Below are positions 39,639-50,010 of a DNA stretch of 64,000 nucleotides, in pieces; the stretch's first letter is position 1; the number at the start of each line of letters is the position of its first letter. This DNA comes from Nitratifractor sp. GTDB taxonomy: Bacteria; Campylobacterota; Campylobacteria; Campylobacterales; Sulfurovaceae. The DNA lies in assembly GCA_015491955.1 (NCBI GenBank), contig WGFZ01000067.1:8841-72840 (forward strand), read 5' to 3'. The position numbers and the translations under genes are program-made. The notes beneath the pieces were generated by a model. That model made no database searches. It worked only from the letters and a program-made list of their open reading frames with translations, and was not told the DNA's origin.

Positions 39639-40406
39639 TTAAAAAGACTCTCCTTTACGAATTTGGTCTATTAGTACTCTTGCTGATTCTGAGTTAGTTC
39701 TATCATAATAGTTTTGCAAAACTTTAAGTGCTTGTACTCTATAACCTTGTTTTGCTTTTGCTTTTGCATATAGCAACCAACTCTCTTCACTAGAGCTATT
39801 AACAACATTTGCATTCATAGCCCACTTTGATGCTTTTTTATAGTTATGTCTTTTATAAAAGTACTTAGCTAAATATATAGCATCATCATAATCTTTTGTC
39901 TCGGGAAAGCGTGATTCAATATTTTTAATTACTGTAGTGGTATTAGCATCAATAACTTTTAATATAATCTTCTTCTTTGTACTATTATTTTTATCAAAAG
40001 GTACAACTTGTAAAGTATCTACTTTTGAAGTAGTTATATTATTATCTTTTGATGCAACCAAAAGATTTACTTTTTTATCTGATAGCTTAATAACCATCTT
40101 GGGAGTTTTTTCAGGTTTTTTAGGTTCAACTTTATTAGATTTAGAAGAGCTTGGCTTTGATACCTCTACTATAGATGGTATATGGTTTTGAGTTTGATTT
40201 ATAGATGTTTTTATAGGAGACTTAGATGAACTATTTACAACTTTTTCAACATCCTTTTTATCCTCTTTAGAAGAGCTTTTTAGTGTTGTATATATAATTG
40301 GAACTGCCAAAAAGGCTATTATAATAATAGCAAAAGATGAGATTCTAATTAAACGTTTATGACGGTATTGTCTCCACTTATCTTCTAATATATCTATATC
40401 ATACAT
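39639..40406 (-). CDS. Membrane-anchored TPR protein (CtsX/MshN-like)
   Basis: N-terminal TM, low-complexity linker, TPR-like C-terminus (LAKYFY..., SWLLYAKA); position between ctsP and ctsE homologs. Confidence 0.7.
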   Translation of the reverse strand: MYDIDILEDKWRQYRHKRLIRISSFAIIIIAFLAVPIIYTTLKSSSKEDKKDVEKVVNSSSKSPIKTSINQTQNHIPSIVEVSKPSSSKSNKVEPKKPEKTPKMVIKLSDKKVNLLVASKDNNITTSKVDTLQVVPFDKNNSTKKKIILKVIDANTTTVIKNIESRFPETKDYDDAIYLAKYFYKRHNYKKASKWAMNANVVNSSSEESWLLYAKAKAKQGYRVQALKVLQNYYDRTNSESARVLIDQIRKGESF

Positions 40407-41211
40407 TAATCATTCCTGTCTTAATTGCTGACATCTCCAAAAATTTTATCGGAAAAGGTTCTAATGTAGCATTTGATACACCATTTTTTTCATAAAACTC
40501 ACCAATCTCAAATGCAGTATAGAGAAGCTTATTACACTCACGTAGATTTCCATCTGTTAGTTGGTATATTAACTTAAAATGTCTATCATTAAATCTATTG
40601 GCAAGTTCTGTTAAACCACAATTTAATAGGCGTTTATATACATAGGTCTTTGTCTCCTTAGAGTCGGCATTACGGAGTTCAATTGTACGCCAAATACGTG
40701 TAGTAAAGTGTTCCTTTGCCAAAATATCCTCATTATCTGTCTTATGTACAGAGATAAAAAATTTAATACTCCCTGTATCACAAAGAATACGAATCTCTTC
40801 TAGCATCTGCTTAGGATACATTTGAGCCTCATCTAAAAGAATAGAAATTTCACGCTCTCCTTTTATTCTCTTTCCATACTCAACAAAAGTTTCAAAATGA
40901 ATTTTGCTATTAGGAGGCATTTTTTTTCCAGTAAAAATAAAAAAAAGTTTTTCATAAAATTCTAAACGATTTCCAGTGGGAGTATCAATTAGATGAATAT
41001 CTTTTTGATACTTCTTTTTATTATAGATACGATGTAATAACATAGTCTTACCAGTCCCTGGCTTTCCAAAAAGAAGTACCATCTTTAAAGATTCATCTAG
41101 GCTATCTTCAAGCTGTCTATATGCCCACACGCTATTTTCAAGCTCAATAAATTCATCAACCCTTATCTCATCAATAAAGGTCTTTTTTGCTTCAGAAAAT
41201 TGACTTCTCAT
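40399..41211 (-). CDS. AAA+ ATPase (CtsP/ExeA/MshM-like)
   Basis: GKPGTGKT, LLDEAQ, GNLRE. Confidence 0.85.
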   Translation of the reverse strand: MRSQFSEAKKTFIDEIRVDEFIELENSVWAYRQLEDSLDESLKMVLLFGKPGTGKTMLLHRIYNKKKYQKDIHLIDTPTGNRLEFYEKLFFIFTGKKMPPNSKIHFETFVEYGKRIKGEREISILLDEAQMYPKQMLEEIRILCDTGSIKFFISVHKTDNEDILAKEHFTTRIWRTIELRNADSKETKTYVYKRLLNCGLTELANRFNDRHFKLIYQLTDGNLRECNKLLYTAFEIGEFYEKNGVSNATLEPFPIKFLEMSAIKTGMINV

Positions 41212-42689
41212 CGTAGTGTTTTATAGTTCAAATCTCTAAGAGTTACACTATTTTGATTATCTCGAACAATATGTGGAGTAATAATCAATACTAACTCATC
41301 AAGGGTATCACTCTTTTGTGTACTTTTAAAGGCATTACCTATAATTGGAATATCCTCTAAAACAGGAACACCCTTTTGAGTATTTCCCTTATTACGAGTA
41401 ATCAATCCACCCAAAATTGCATGGTCTCCATCTCTTACTTTAATAACAGATGCAATTTGACGACGTCGCATATTAGGAGGCATTGTAGTACTCGTAGTTG
41501 TACTCAACCCATCGACACTTGTAATTGAAGGATTTATTTTGAGAGTAATCATACCACGATTATCAACTTCTGGAGTTATATCAAGTAAAATCCCTGCAAA
41601 AACAGAACGAATCTCCTCTCCTTGAGATGTCGCTGTATCTGACCCCCCCACTTTATTTGTTGTAGTGAGTTTATAATATATCTCTTTACCAACACTAATC
41701 ATAGCAGGTTGATTGTTTAGTGTCATAACTTTTGGACTTGAAACAACTCTAACATCTCCTTGAGTCTTTAAAAATTTTAAAATCTCTGTTAAATTTCCAC
41801 CAAAAGAGCTAGAGAATGTACCTGTTGTAGATGTGGAATCACTTCCAGAGATATTAAAGTTTGAATTTATATTTAGAGATGGGATACTACTCCAGTCAAT
41901 TCCATATGTCTTACTGTGGTCAATTTGAACATCAATAATTCTTACATCAATCATCACTTGAGTCTTTAACTGCTTTGTTAAAAGAGATATATAACGGCTA
42001 ACTCTCTCAATTTGATGTGCTGTTCCTGTTACTGTAATCATTCCAGCTTCAGGATTTACAATAGGTTCAAGTGGATTATAATCCCACTTTTGACCATCTG
42101 GACCAACCCAAGCATCTCCAGACTTAGTAAAGTGTAAACTTCCATCTCCCGCAGTATTTAAAATATGACGTATCTCATTCTTAATTTTAGACCAAAATTT
42201 AAACTCTTGTGTTGTATTTATATTTATAGAAGAACCCGCACCTCCTCCACCTGAGGAGCTACCTCCACTTGAACCTCCTGCTACTTGTACATTTGCTGTA
42301 CTACTACCTGTTCTCTTTCCTACTATATAATGAACTCTAAATGTTCTTGTAATTAGATAGGATATTACAAGTTTATTACCTTTTAGAGAATAACTCAAAT
42401 CATTATCTTTTAAAAGAGTATCTAAAAATGTTTTTAAAGAGGCATCTTTAAGTTTTAAATAAAATAGCTTTTTATTCAGACGAGATTTAGCACTTGCATC
42501 TTTTACAAGAATAGTCATTCCGCAAGTCTCCGCTAAATTATCTATTGCCTCTTTAATGCTTATTTCACTATTCATAGTAACATTAAAAAGTTTATCTTGG
42601 CACCCTTGTGTTGAGACATCTTGTGCATTCAATAAAAATGTAACACTCAACACAGAAGCAATTAAAATCTTCCCTATAACTCTAATCAT
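41208..42689 (-). CDS. mshL: Secretin, MSHA-type pilus biogenesis protein MshL (CtsD-like)
   Basis: QVMIDVRI, GIDW, SSPKVMTLNNQPA, GILLDITP, GVPVLEDIP, ELVLIITP. Confidence 0.88.
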   Translation of the reverse strand: MIRVIGKILIASVLSVTFLLNAQDVSTQGCQDKLFNVTMNSEISIKEAIDNLAETCGMTILVKDASAKSRLNKKLFYLKLKDASLKTFLDTLLKDNDLSYSLKGNKLVISYLITRTFRVHYIVGKRTGSSTANVQVAGGSSGGSSSGGGGAGSSININTTQEFKFWSKIKNEIRHILNTAGDGSLHFTKSGDAWVGPDGQKWDYNPLEPIVNPEAGMITVTGTAHQIERVSRYISLLTKQLKTQVMIDVRIIDVQIDHSKTYGIDWSSIPSLNINSNFNISGSDSTSTTGTFSSSFGGNLTEILKFLKTQGDVRVVSSPKVMTLNNQPAMISVGKEIYYKLTTTNKVGGSDTATSQGEEIRSVFAGILLDITPEVDNRGMITLKINPSITSVDGLSTTTSTTMPPNMRRRQIASVIKVRDGDHAILGGLITRNKGNTQKGVPVLEDIPIIGNAFKSTQKSDTLDELVLIITPHIVRDNQNSVTLRDLNYKTLR

Positions 42690-42704
42690 TATATATCACC
42701 TCTC

Positions 42705-43142
42705 TTATGATTTATTTTTTATAACTATATTTATCTTTTTTTGCCCATTAGGATTTGGTAGGAATAGCCTAATACGCTTATGCCTACTTCTATTACCCAA
42801 TTGTACCCAGCTTCTTGATATTATCAATACTTTATACCCTTCAATTATATCTTGTTCTTTAACCCATCTACCATTTATATAAGCTTGAAAATTTACAATA
42901 GCATTTAAATTTAATTTAACATCTTGCTTTTGTGCATTTCTAACTATTACACTCTTTTTCTTTTTGCTCTTTTTATCCTCAACTATAGTTGCAAAAGGAG
43001 ATTGAATTTTTTTGAAATTAATCTCAACTTTACTTTGACGTCTTCCTTGAATTTGTGCAACCATATTATCAATATCATCTATTGTTAGCTCTGCTTGAAG
43101 TGGATATATTGCCATAAGAGCAATTAAAGATAAATATCTCAT
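42705..43142 (-). CDS. Pilus/T2SS accessory protein (MshK/PilP/CtsR-like)
   Basis: Signal peptide, SPF, LNAIVN..AYINGRWV..D.I.GY; position before the secretin. Confidence 0.6.
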   Translation of the reverse strand: MRYLSLIALMAIYPLQAELTIDDIDNMVAQIQGRRQSKVEINFKKIQSPFATIVEDKKSKKKKSVIVRNAQKQDVKLNLNAIVNFQAYINGRWVKEQDIIEGYKVLIISRSWVQLGNRSRHKRIRLFLPNPNGQKKINIVIKNKS

Positions 43143-43792
43143 CTATTAACTCCCCATACAGAGATGTTCAAATCTGAGACCAACCCACCATCTTTTAACA
43201 TTCTTAAATTTGTACTATAGACATCAGTAACAAGCTTATTTTGCTCCAAATCATTTATAAAGCCCATAATATTTTGGAATTTTCCCTTACACTTTATATT
43301 AACTTCAAGTACATGACCAAAACTTTTATTATCATTAACATAAATATTTTTAAGACTCATAATCTTTACAACATTAGTATGTGCCCTATTGGTAATAGAG
43401 TCTAAGAACTTTGCCCAGTTTTTTCTATTAAATAGAACTTCTGAAAGCTTTTTAAAACTCTCATTAAGAAGTGAAATTTTTTCATTATAATCTTTTATAC
43501 TCTTCTTTGCTATTCTAATTTTAAAGTTATAATTTTTTATCTTATAATTTCTATCACCAGCTACAGTAATACTATCTAAATAATTATGCTCTTCGGCAAT
43601 TTTTTTCATAAGAGTGCTTTGAGTCATTTGACTACTCTCAAATTTAGAATGAGCATAAGGAAATAGATATAGATAAAACATATATCCAATTAAACCAGCT
43701 ACAATTAAAATACTTCCCCACTTCTCTGCTTCACTCTTTTTAGAAAAGTAGCTATCAAGTGATTCTAGGGTATCTTCTATATTCTGTGCCAT
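43139..43792 (-). CDS. PilO/MshJ-like alignment protein
   Basis: One TM, coiled coil, C-terminal ferredoxin-like GKFQNIMGFINDLE. Confidence 0.7.
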   Translation of the reverse strand: MAQNIEDTLESLDSYFSKKSEAEKWGSILIVAGLIGYMFYLYLFPYAHSKFESSQMTQSTLMKKIAEEHNYLDSITVAGDRNYKIKNYNFKIRIAKKSIKDYNEKISLLNESFKKLSEVLFNRKNWAKFLDSITNRAHTNVVKIMSLKNIYVNDNKSFGHVLEVNIKCKGKFQNIMGFINDLEQNKLVTDVYSTNLRMLKDGGLVSDLNISVWGVNR

Positions 43793-45333
43793 TATTTTAA
43801 ATCCACCTTCAAAACTCCTCTATACATTGAGCTATTGCCATCAATATAAATATCATTAATATCTATTCTCTTAATATCATCTGAATACTTATTTGTAATA
43901 TCCTTTATAAGGTTTGTTATATTTTGGTCATTTTTTCCTAAAATAGATATAGAGTAGTTATCATCTCTACTTATCATCTCATCACTCATCAAACCAAAAT
44001 TACTTAGTTCAGTTGCAAAAATAGCCATTTGATTAGATTTTAGATGATACCTAATTTTTTTATTATATACAGAAATAAGAGTCTTCTCTTTTCCTATATA
44101 TATTTTTTTTAAATTTTTACGCTCAGTATCAACTTTTTTAAATTCACTAATCTTACGGGCAATTAAATTACGATATTTTGTAACCTCTTTATTTAAATCT
44201 CCCTCCTCTTTTTTCAATTGATAGTTACGTACATCAAGAACATAAGAAGCAACAATAAAATATATAGGATAAGCAGAAGCCAATAGTACTGTAGCAATAA
44301 GGCTTATAATAAATTGACCACTTGCTCTTTTAGGAAATATAGGAGGTCTTGGATATTGAGAAAAGTTGATAATAACATCTTCTTCCTCCTCTTCCTCCCC
44401 TGATTCTAAAGAGTGTTTTACTAGCTCTATCAACATTAGATGTTGTTGATCTATATACCACTCATCACTCTTTAAACCAAAGTCAAAATTCATAGATGTA
44501 GTATGTAGTCCCAATAGAGTACTAGCATACTCATCTGCACCAAGTATAGGGCCCAATTCACTACCTATAAATACTTCATCGATTATATTAATATCATAAG
44601 CTCTTTTTGTATAGATAAATACATCGTTAATAGATAGAAAAATATCATTAAAGAGTTTAGTTATATTCTCTTGAAACTCTAAATCTGTTGTTTTAAGTCC
44701 ATCTTTTTTGAGAATATTGAAAAACTCCTTCTCATCAATTGTCTTACCCAATGTTTCACAATATCTATCATATATACTAATTAGGGTATCTTTTATAGTC
44801 TTACTATATAGGTACTCTCCATCTTGATAAAAGGTTAGTGTAGTATCATAGGAGGTAAAATATAAGAAGGCGTGGACTCTCTTTTTATCAAGAATCCTCT
44901 TTTGGTAGAGTGATTTATAGAGTAGTGGAGCTGGAGTAATTAGGTCGATATATTTAAGCTCACTACGTAACTCTTCAAATGTCTCATCATAGCGTTGCTG
45001 TTCAAAGATGAATACTTCAAACTGACGCCCTTCACTTGTCCCCTCTATCTCTTTATATTCAAAAATATACTCTGTTGTAACATCTAAGCCTAACTCCTCA
45101 TAGGCTTTTTCCTCTATAGCTCCAGCAATATCCTCTTCTTCAATATTTCTACTTACAACCAAAGGAGATATAATTAAATCTTTAGTTGCTATGAATGTTG
45201 CATAGTAATTGCTACGTTTAAATTGTAACTTCTCTATAGGACGGCATTCGTCTCCTGTACATCGATAGGAGCTATGATTATAACTATTAATCGTTATGAC
45301 CGACTCAAAAGCCGATTCCTGACTCTCGCCCAT
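43792..45333 (-). CDS. PilM/PilN-like (GspL/MshI-type) fused protein
   Basis: Large cytoplasmic domain, INF motif, single TM, coiled coil and periplasmic domain; first gene of the pilus locus. Confidence 0.6.
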   Translation of the reverse strand: MGESQESAFESVITINSYNHSSYRCTGDECRPIEKLQFKRSNYYATFIATKDLIISPLVVSRNIEEEDIAGAIEEKAYEELGLDVTTEYIFEYKEIEGTSEGRQFEVFIFEQQRYDETFEELRSELKYIDLITPAPLLYKSLYQKRILDKKRVHAFLYFTSYDTTLTFYQDGEYLYSKTIKDTLISIYDRYCETLGKTIDEKEFFNILKKDGLKTTDLEFQENITKLFNDIFLSINDVFIYTKRAYDINIIDEVFIGSELGPILGADEYASTLLGLHTTSMNFDFGLKSDEWYIDQQHLMLIELVKHSLESGEEEEEEDVIINFSQYPRPPIFPKRASGQFIISLIATVLLASAYPIYFIVASYVLDVRNYQLKKEEGDLNKEVTKYRNLIARKISEFKKVDTERKNLKKIYIGKEKTLISVYNKKIRYHLKSNQMAIFATELSNFGLMSDEMISRDDNYSISILGKNDQNITNLIKDITNKYSDDIKRIDINDIYIDGNSSMYRGVLKVDLK

Positions 45334-45396
45334 TCTATTCCTTCTAATATAACTATAGGTATTTATTGTATATGTAATGCTATTAAATTAAACTTA

Positions 45397-46290
45397 TTAG
45401 AACATATATCCAATCTCTTCAAGAGCCTCTTTATTTTTACTCCACCCCTTGCGTACAATAACGTGAAGTTCAAGATATACTCTTTTTTGAGCAAACTCTT
45501 CCATTAATTTCCTAGCATAAGATCCTAGACGTTTAATTGATTCTGCCCTCTTACCAATAATCATACGTTTTTGAGTCTCTTTCTCTGTAATGATTGAGGC
45601 ATAGACTCTATCAATATCATCACTCTCTTCAATTCTATCAATAAGCACATCACTCTCGTAAGGAATCTCATCACTAAGCTTCTCGAATAGGGCTTGACGA
45701 ATCAACTCTTTATAGATAGTTCTAATAGTCTCTGTTGTTAAAATCTCAGAGTCATATAGCCAAGGGTGTTTAGGAAGATACTTAACAATCTCATCTAATA
45801 GTTGCTTTTGTCCTATATTTTTCTTAACTGAATATGGAATTAATGCTAAAAATTTATCTTGATAACGACTATATTCAGATATTTTAGACAATATTTTTTC
45901 ATTACCTACTTGGTCAATCTTACTCAAAACAACAATATGAGGAGTCCCTTTTTTTGCAATTTTATCTAAAAACTTCTCATACTCTTTAATTGAATCACTT
46001 ACAGGAGCAATAAAGAGAAGTAAATCGGCATCACCAATAGCTTTTATCGCCTCTTCAAGCATAAATTTATTTAAAAGTTTCTCCTTTTCATGCAGACCTG
46101 GAGTATCTATAAATATTATCTGAGCATTATTGTGCATTACAATAATATTCATTCTTTTACGTGTTGCTTGAGCCTTCTTAGAGACCATTGCCAATCTCTC
46201 TCCTACAAGATGATTTAATAGCGTACTCTTCCCTGCATTTGGTCTCCCAACAACAGCTACAAAGCCACAATGCATATTATCTATACTCAT
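45397..46290 (-). CDS. era: GTPase Era
   Basis: GRPNAGKS, DTPG, SKID, EIPY, KH domain. Confidence 0.96.
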   Translation of the reverse strand: MSIDNMHCGFVAVVGRPNAGKSTLLNHLVGERLAMVSKKAQATRKRMNIIVMHNNAQIIFIDTPGLHEKEKLLNKFMLEEAIKAIGDADLLLFIAPVSDSIKEYEKFLDKIAKKGTPHIVVLSKIDQVGNEKILSKISEYSRYQDKFLALIPYSVKKNIGQKQLLDEIVKYLPKHPWLYDSEILTTETIRTIYKELIRQALFEKLSDEIPYESDVLIDRIEESDDIDRVYASIITEKETQKRMIIGKRAESIKRLGSYARKLMEEFAQKRVYLELHVIVRKGWSKNKEALEEIGYMF

Positions 46291-48341
46291 ATTGAAATCT
46301 CTTTCAAATCTGCAATCTCTAAAAAAGCTCTATATATTGAGCCAATAAGACTCTTACGATTTTCTCTAAGCTCTAGCTCTTTCGCATTTACTAAAACCTC
46401 ATCAAAAAATCTATCTAAAGGTTCTTTAAGAGTAAATAGAGCCTCCAATTTATCTCTATAACTCTCATAATCTTTGGAATTAAGCTCAATAAATTCTTCC
46501 CAAAGCCTACTCTCTGCCTCTTCTTGAAATAGTTTAGTATCTACATTTAGCTCTTTAGAATCATCTATCTCTAAAGAGATATTTGCAACACGTTTAAATG
46601 TTGTAAATAGTTCTCTTGAATCTTGAGAATCCAACACCTCAACAAGAGCTTTAACTTTCTTACTAAGTTCATTTAAATCTCTCTCATTTGTTGCTAAAAC
46701 TGCTGTAATAATTGATGGATTTACATTTAGTGCTTTATAGACCCTATCAATCATAAACTCCTCTAAAAGCTCTATTTTAAATGGGCTATATTCATCACTT
46801 AAAAGCTCTAAAATAATAGGGAGGTCAAAAGGAATATCATTAGAAGTTACAATACGAAAAATTCCATTTACTGCTCTACGAAGAGCAAATGGGTCTCTTG
46901 AACCAGTAGGAATCTGTCCAACACTAAAGAGTCCCATTAAAGTATCTAACTTAATTGCCATAGCTAAAATGGAAGAGAAGAGTGTAGTCGGAAGTTTTGC
47001 CCCTTCACCCTCTGGTCTATACTGCTCTTTGATAGCTTTACAAACTAAATCATCTTCTCCAAGTGCCTTGGCGTAGTAGTATCCCATTAAGCCCTGAAGC
47101 TCAGTAAATTCATATACCATCTCTGTAAGTAAATCAGCCTTAGCAAGAGTAATAGCTCTATCCATCATCTGCTCAAGCTCCAAACTGCTACGACCACTCT
47201 CTTGCTCTAATTTATCCATATATATACCAACTAAACGTAGAGCTATATTTCTCTCTCGTTCAACTTTATCTTTTAAGCTTCCCAAACCATCAATAAATTG
47301 AATATTCTCTAATCCATCTATACTCAATCCATTTTTTAAATCGTTATGGTAGAAAAATAGAGCATCTTCTAATCTTGGTCGAAGAACTCTCTCATTTCCT
47401 GAAACTATTTTAGAGTAATCATCTGTAACACCATTACTAACAACAACAAAATGGTTAGAGAGTTCTGCATTATTATCAAATACTGGGAAGTAGCGTTGAT
47501 GCTCTTTCATTGATGTCATAATAACTTCAGGTGGAAGCTCTAAAAACTTCTCATCAAAACTCCCAAGTAGAGCTTTTGGATACTCTGTAATTGCTACAAC
47601 CTCATCAAGCAAAGCACTATCTCTTTCAATCTTTAAACCATTTTCACTCTCAATCAAGTCAAAATCACTCTCAATACTCTTGCAACGTTCAATAGGGTTG
47701 AGAATAACTCGACCATCTTCTAAGATACTCTTATAATCTTCAATATTTTTTACCTCTACACTATCAAAGCTTACCATACGATGTACAAATGTTTTAGTAT
47801 CTGATTTAACTCCAAAGATTTCACTATCTATACTATCATCTCCCAAACGGATTTGAATCCAACGAATAGGTCTAATAAACTCCTCTTGACGATTACCCCA
47901 ACGCATCATCTTGCCAAAATTCATAGAAGCAATCCAAGAGCTTACCATTTTAGGGAGTAGCTCTTTTGTGCTTTTACCTTCAATCTTCTTAGAGTAGTAG
48001 AGTACTTCACGACTACCCTTACTAATCCGTTTAAGCTCTTCAAAAGTAACTCCACATTTTTTAGCAAACCCCTCCCCTGCTTTTGTGGGTTTTCCATCTT
48101 TTATTGCAATATCAACAGGAGGTCCTACTAGCTCTTCTACTCTATCTCCTTGAGAGATAGGAATCTCTTTATGGCATAGAACTAATCTTCTAGGTGTATA
48201 AAAAAAATCAAAATCACTCTCAAGTTGATACTCAGATAGAATATCATCCCACGATTTCTTAATACGTTCTAAAATTTTAAGTAGTGGAATTGCAGGTAAC
48301 TCCTCTACTCCAATCTCAATCAAAAGTAGCTTTTTACTCAC
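46287..48341 (-). CDS. glyS: Glycine--tRNA ligase beta subunit
   Basis: LLIEIGVEELP, TPRRL, MRWG, HQRYF, EFTELQG, GSRDPFALRR. Confidence 0.97.
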   Translation of the reverse strand: MSKKLLLIEIGVEELPAIPLLKILERIKKSWDDILSEYQLESDFDFFYTPRRLVLCHKEIPISQGDRVEELVGPPVDIAIKDGKPTKAGEGFAKKCGVTFEELKRISKGSREVLYYSKKIEGKSTKELLPKMVSSWIASMNFGKMMRWGNRQEEFIRPIRWIQIRLGDDSIDSEIFGVKSDTKTFVHRMVSFDSVEVKNIEDYKSILEDGRVILNPIERCKSIESDFDLIESENGLKIERDSALLDEVVAITEYPKALLGSFDEKFLELPPEVIMTSMKEHQRYFPVFDNNAELSNHFVVVSNGVTDDYSKIVSGNERVLRPRLEDALFFYHNDLKNGLSIDGLENIQFIDGLGSLKDKVERERNIALRLVGIYMDKLEQESGRSSLELEQMMDRAITLAKADLLTEMVYEFTELQGLMGYYYAKALGEDDLVCKAIKEQYRPEGEGAKLPTTLFSSILAMAIKLDTLMGLFSVGQIPTGSRDPFALRRAVNGIFRIVTSNDIPFDLPIILELLSDEYSPFKIELLEEFMIDRVYKALNVNPSIITAVLATNERDLNELSKKVKALVEVLDSQDSRELFTTFKRVANISLEIDDSKELNVDTKLFQEEAESRLWEEFIELNSKDYESYRDKLEALFTLKEPLDRFFDEVLVNAKELELRENRKSLIGSIYRAFLEIADLKEISI

Positions 48342-48408
48342 GTTCTTAGTCCTTATACTTCAATATATTAAGTTAATAGCTATGATTTTATCTAAAAAGG
48401 GGTGAAGC

Positions 48409-49299
48409 TCAACTTCTAAGAAGGTCTTCAACACTTTTACGAGCCTCTTTTGACTCATAAATCATCTTATATACCTCATTAGCAATTGGAAGATATATAT
48501 CTTGTGATTTAGAGATATTAAATAGTGCTTTTGATGTAGGTATCCCCTCTGCTACCTCTTTTAGCTCTTTTACAATCTCATCTTTAGATTTACCTTGAGC
48601 TAAACCAAGTCCAACTCTATAGTTACGTGATAACTGACTACTAGCTGTTAAAAATAGGTCTCCTGCACCTCCTAATGAGAGAAAGCTCTCTGACCTTGCT
48701 CCATAATAAGCACCAAAACGACTCATCTCCACTAAACCTCTTGAAATCATTGCGGCTCTAGCATTATTTCCCAAGGATAGACCATCACAAACACCTCCAG
48801 CAATAGCAATTACATTTTTATAAGCCCCACCTACTTCAGCTCCTGCTACATCATCATCAACATATCCCTTAATAAAGCTAGGAAAGGCATTGACATACTC
48901 TTGTGCTAAAGTTCTATTTGTAGAGCTTACAACCAAAGCCGTGGGTAGTGATTGCATAACCTCTTTTGCAAAAGATGGACCAGAGAGAAAGGCTAAACGT
49001 TCAGAGGGAATAAACTCCTGAAATAGTCCATCAAGTAGTGAACCTGTGCTAACTTCTATCCCTTTAGAGGCAACTAAAATCTTTTGTCCTCTATCTATAA
49101 AATGCTCCTCCAACCACTGACGAACAAACTGTGCAGGAATTGCCATTACTAGATACTCTAAATCCATAGCCTCTTTTATAGATATAAAATTTGGTAAATC
49201 ACGCTTATGTTTTGAGCTAATAACAACTTCACACTTTTGCCCAAAGGCGTGTGCCAAAGCCTCTCCCCATTTTCCTGCTCCAATAACTGATATTTTCAC
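48409..49299 (-). CDS. gpsA: NAD(P)H-dependent glycerol-3-phosphate dehydrogenase
   Basis: GAGKWG, SKGIE, LSGPSFA, KNVIAIA, GDL.LT, SRNY. Confidence 0.95.
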   Translation of the reverse strand: MKISVIGAGKWGEALAHAFGQKCEVVISSKHKRDLPNFISIKEAMDLEYLVMAIPAQFVRQWLEEHFIDRGQKILVASKGIEVSTGSLLDGLFQEFIPSERLAFLSGPSFAKEVMQSLPTALVVSSTNRTLAQEYVNAFPSFIKGYVDDDVAGAEVGGAYKNVIAIAGGVCDGLSLGNNARAAMISRGLVEMSRFGAYYGARSESFLSLGGAGDLFLTASSQLSRNYRVGLGLAQGKSKDEIVKELKEVAEGIPTSKALFNISKSQDIYLPIANEVYKMIYESKEARKSVEDLLRS

Positions 49300-50009
49300 T
49301 CTTTTGGCTCCTCTTGATAACTAATCAAATCTTCAAAATTATCTAAATCCTCATCTTTACCAATACAGACAATAATATCTCCACTATCTAATTTATGTTC
49401 TAATCCTGTAGTAACAAAGATAAAACTATTTGCAAGTTCAGTATCAATCATTCCAATAAATATTATCTTATAATGCCTAAAATCAATAGTATCTAAATTT
49501 TTTTCGTGTAGAAATGAGCCTTTTGGAATTTCAATCTCTCTAAAACTATATTCGTGCTTACTATCTAAAAAGCCCTCTAAAAAGTGAGTTGCAATTGGTT
49601 TATTTAAAATATTATGTATTCTATTAGCACTAATAGAATATAGGTCAATTACTTGACTAGCTCCTGCCATCTTAAGTTTACGTGTTGCATGAATAGAATC
49701 CGATAGTGCCAAAATTCTATTTCTAGGAAATAGTGCCTTTAGAGATAGAACCAAAAATACATTTAAGTGGTCATCATCCATAAGGCATACTAGTTGGTCT
49801 TCTAGCTCTATTGGTAGAGTCTTTAATTTATCATCGTCAGTAACATCAATCAAAAAAGAGCGTTTAAATCTACTATCTTTAAGTGAAGATTGATACTCTA
49901 ACTCATCTTCTACAATAAGTAGAACCTCTGCCCCTTTCTCTACTAACTCATTGGCTATACTGTATCCAAACTTTCCATATCCAAAAAAAATAATTCTCCC
50001 CCGACTCAT
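49296..50009 (-). CDS. Soluble TrkA/RCK-domain protein
   Basis: FGYGKFG Rossmann motif, KLKMAGA, TrkA-C domain; start set to ATG 50009 after GGAG. Confidence 0.85.
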   Translation of the reverse strand: MSRGRIIFFGYGKFGYSIANELVEKGAEVLLIVEDELEYQSSLKDSRFKRSFLIDVTDDDKLKTLPIELEDQLVCLMDDDHLNVFLVLSLKALFPRNRILALSDSIHATRKLKMAGASQVIDLYSISANRIHNILNKPIATHFLEGFLDSKHEYSFREIEIPKGSFLHEKNLDTIDFRHYKIIFIGMIDTELANSFIFVTTGLEHKLDSGDIIVCIGKDEDLDNFEDLISYQEEPKE

Positions 50010-50010
50010 C

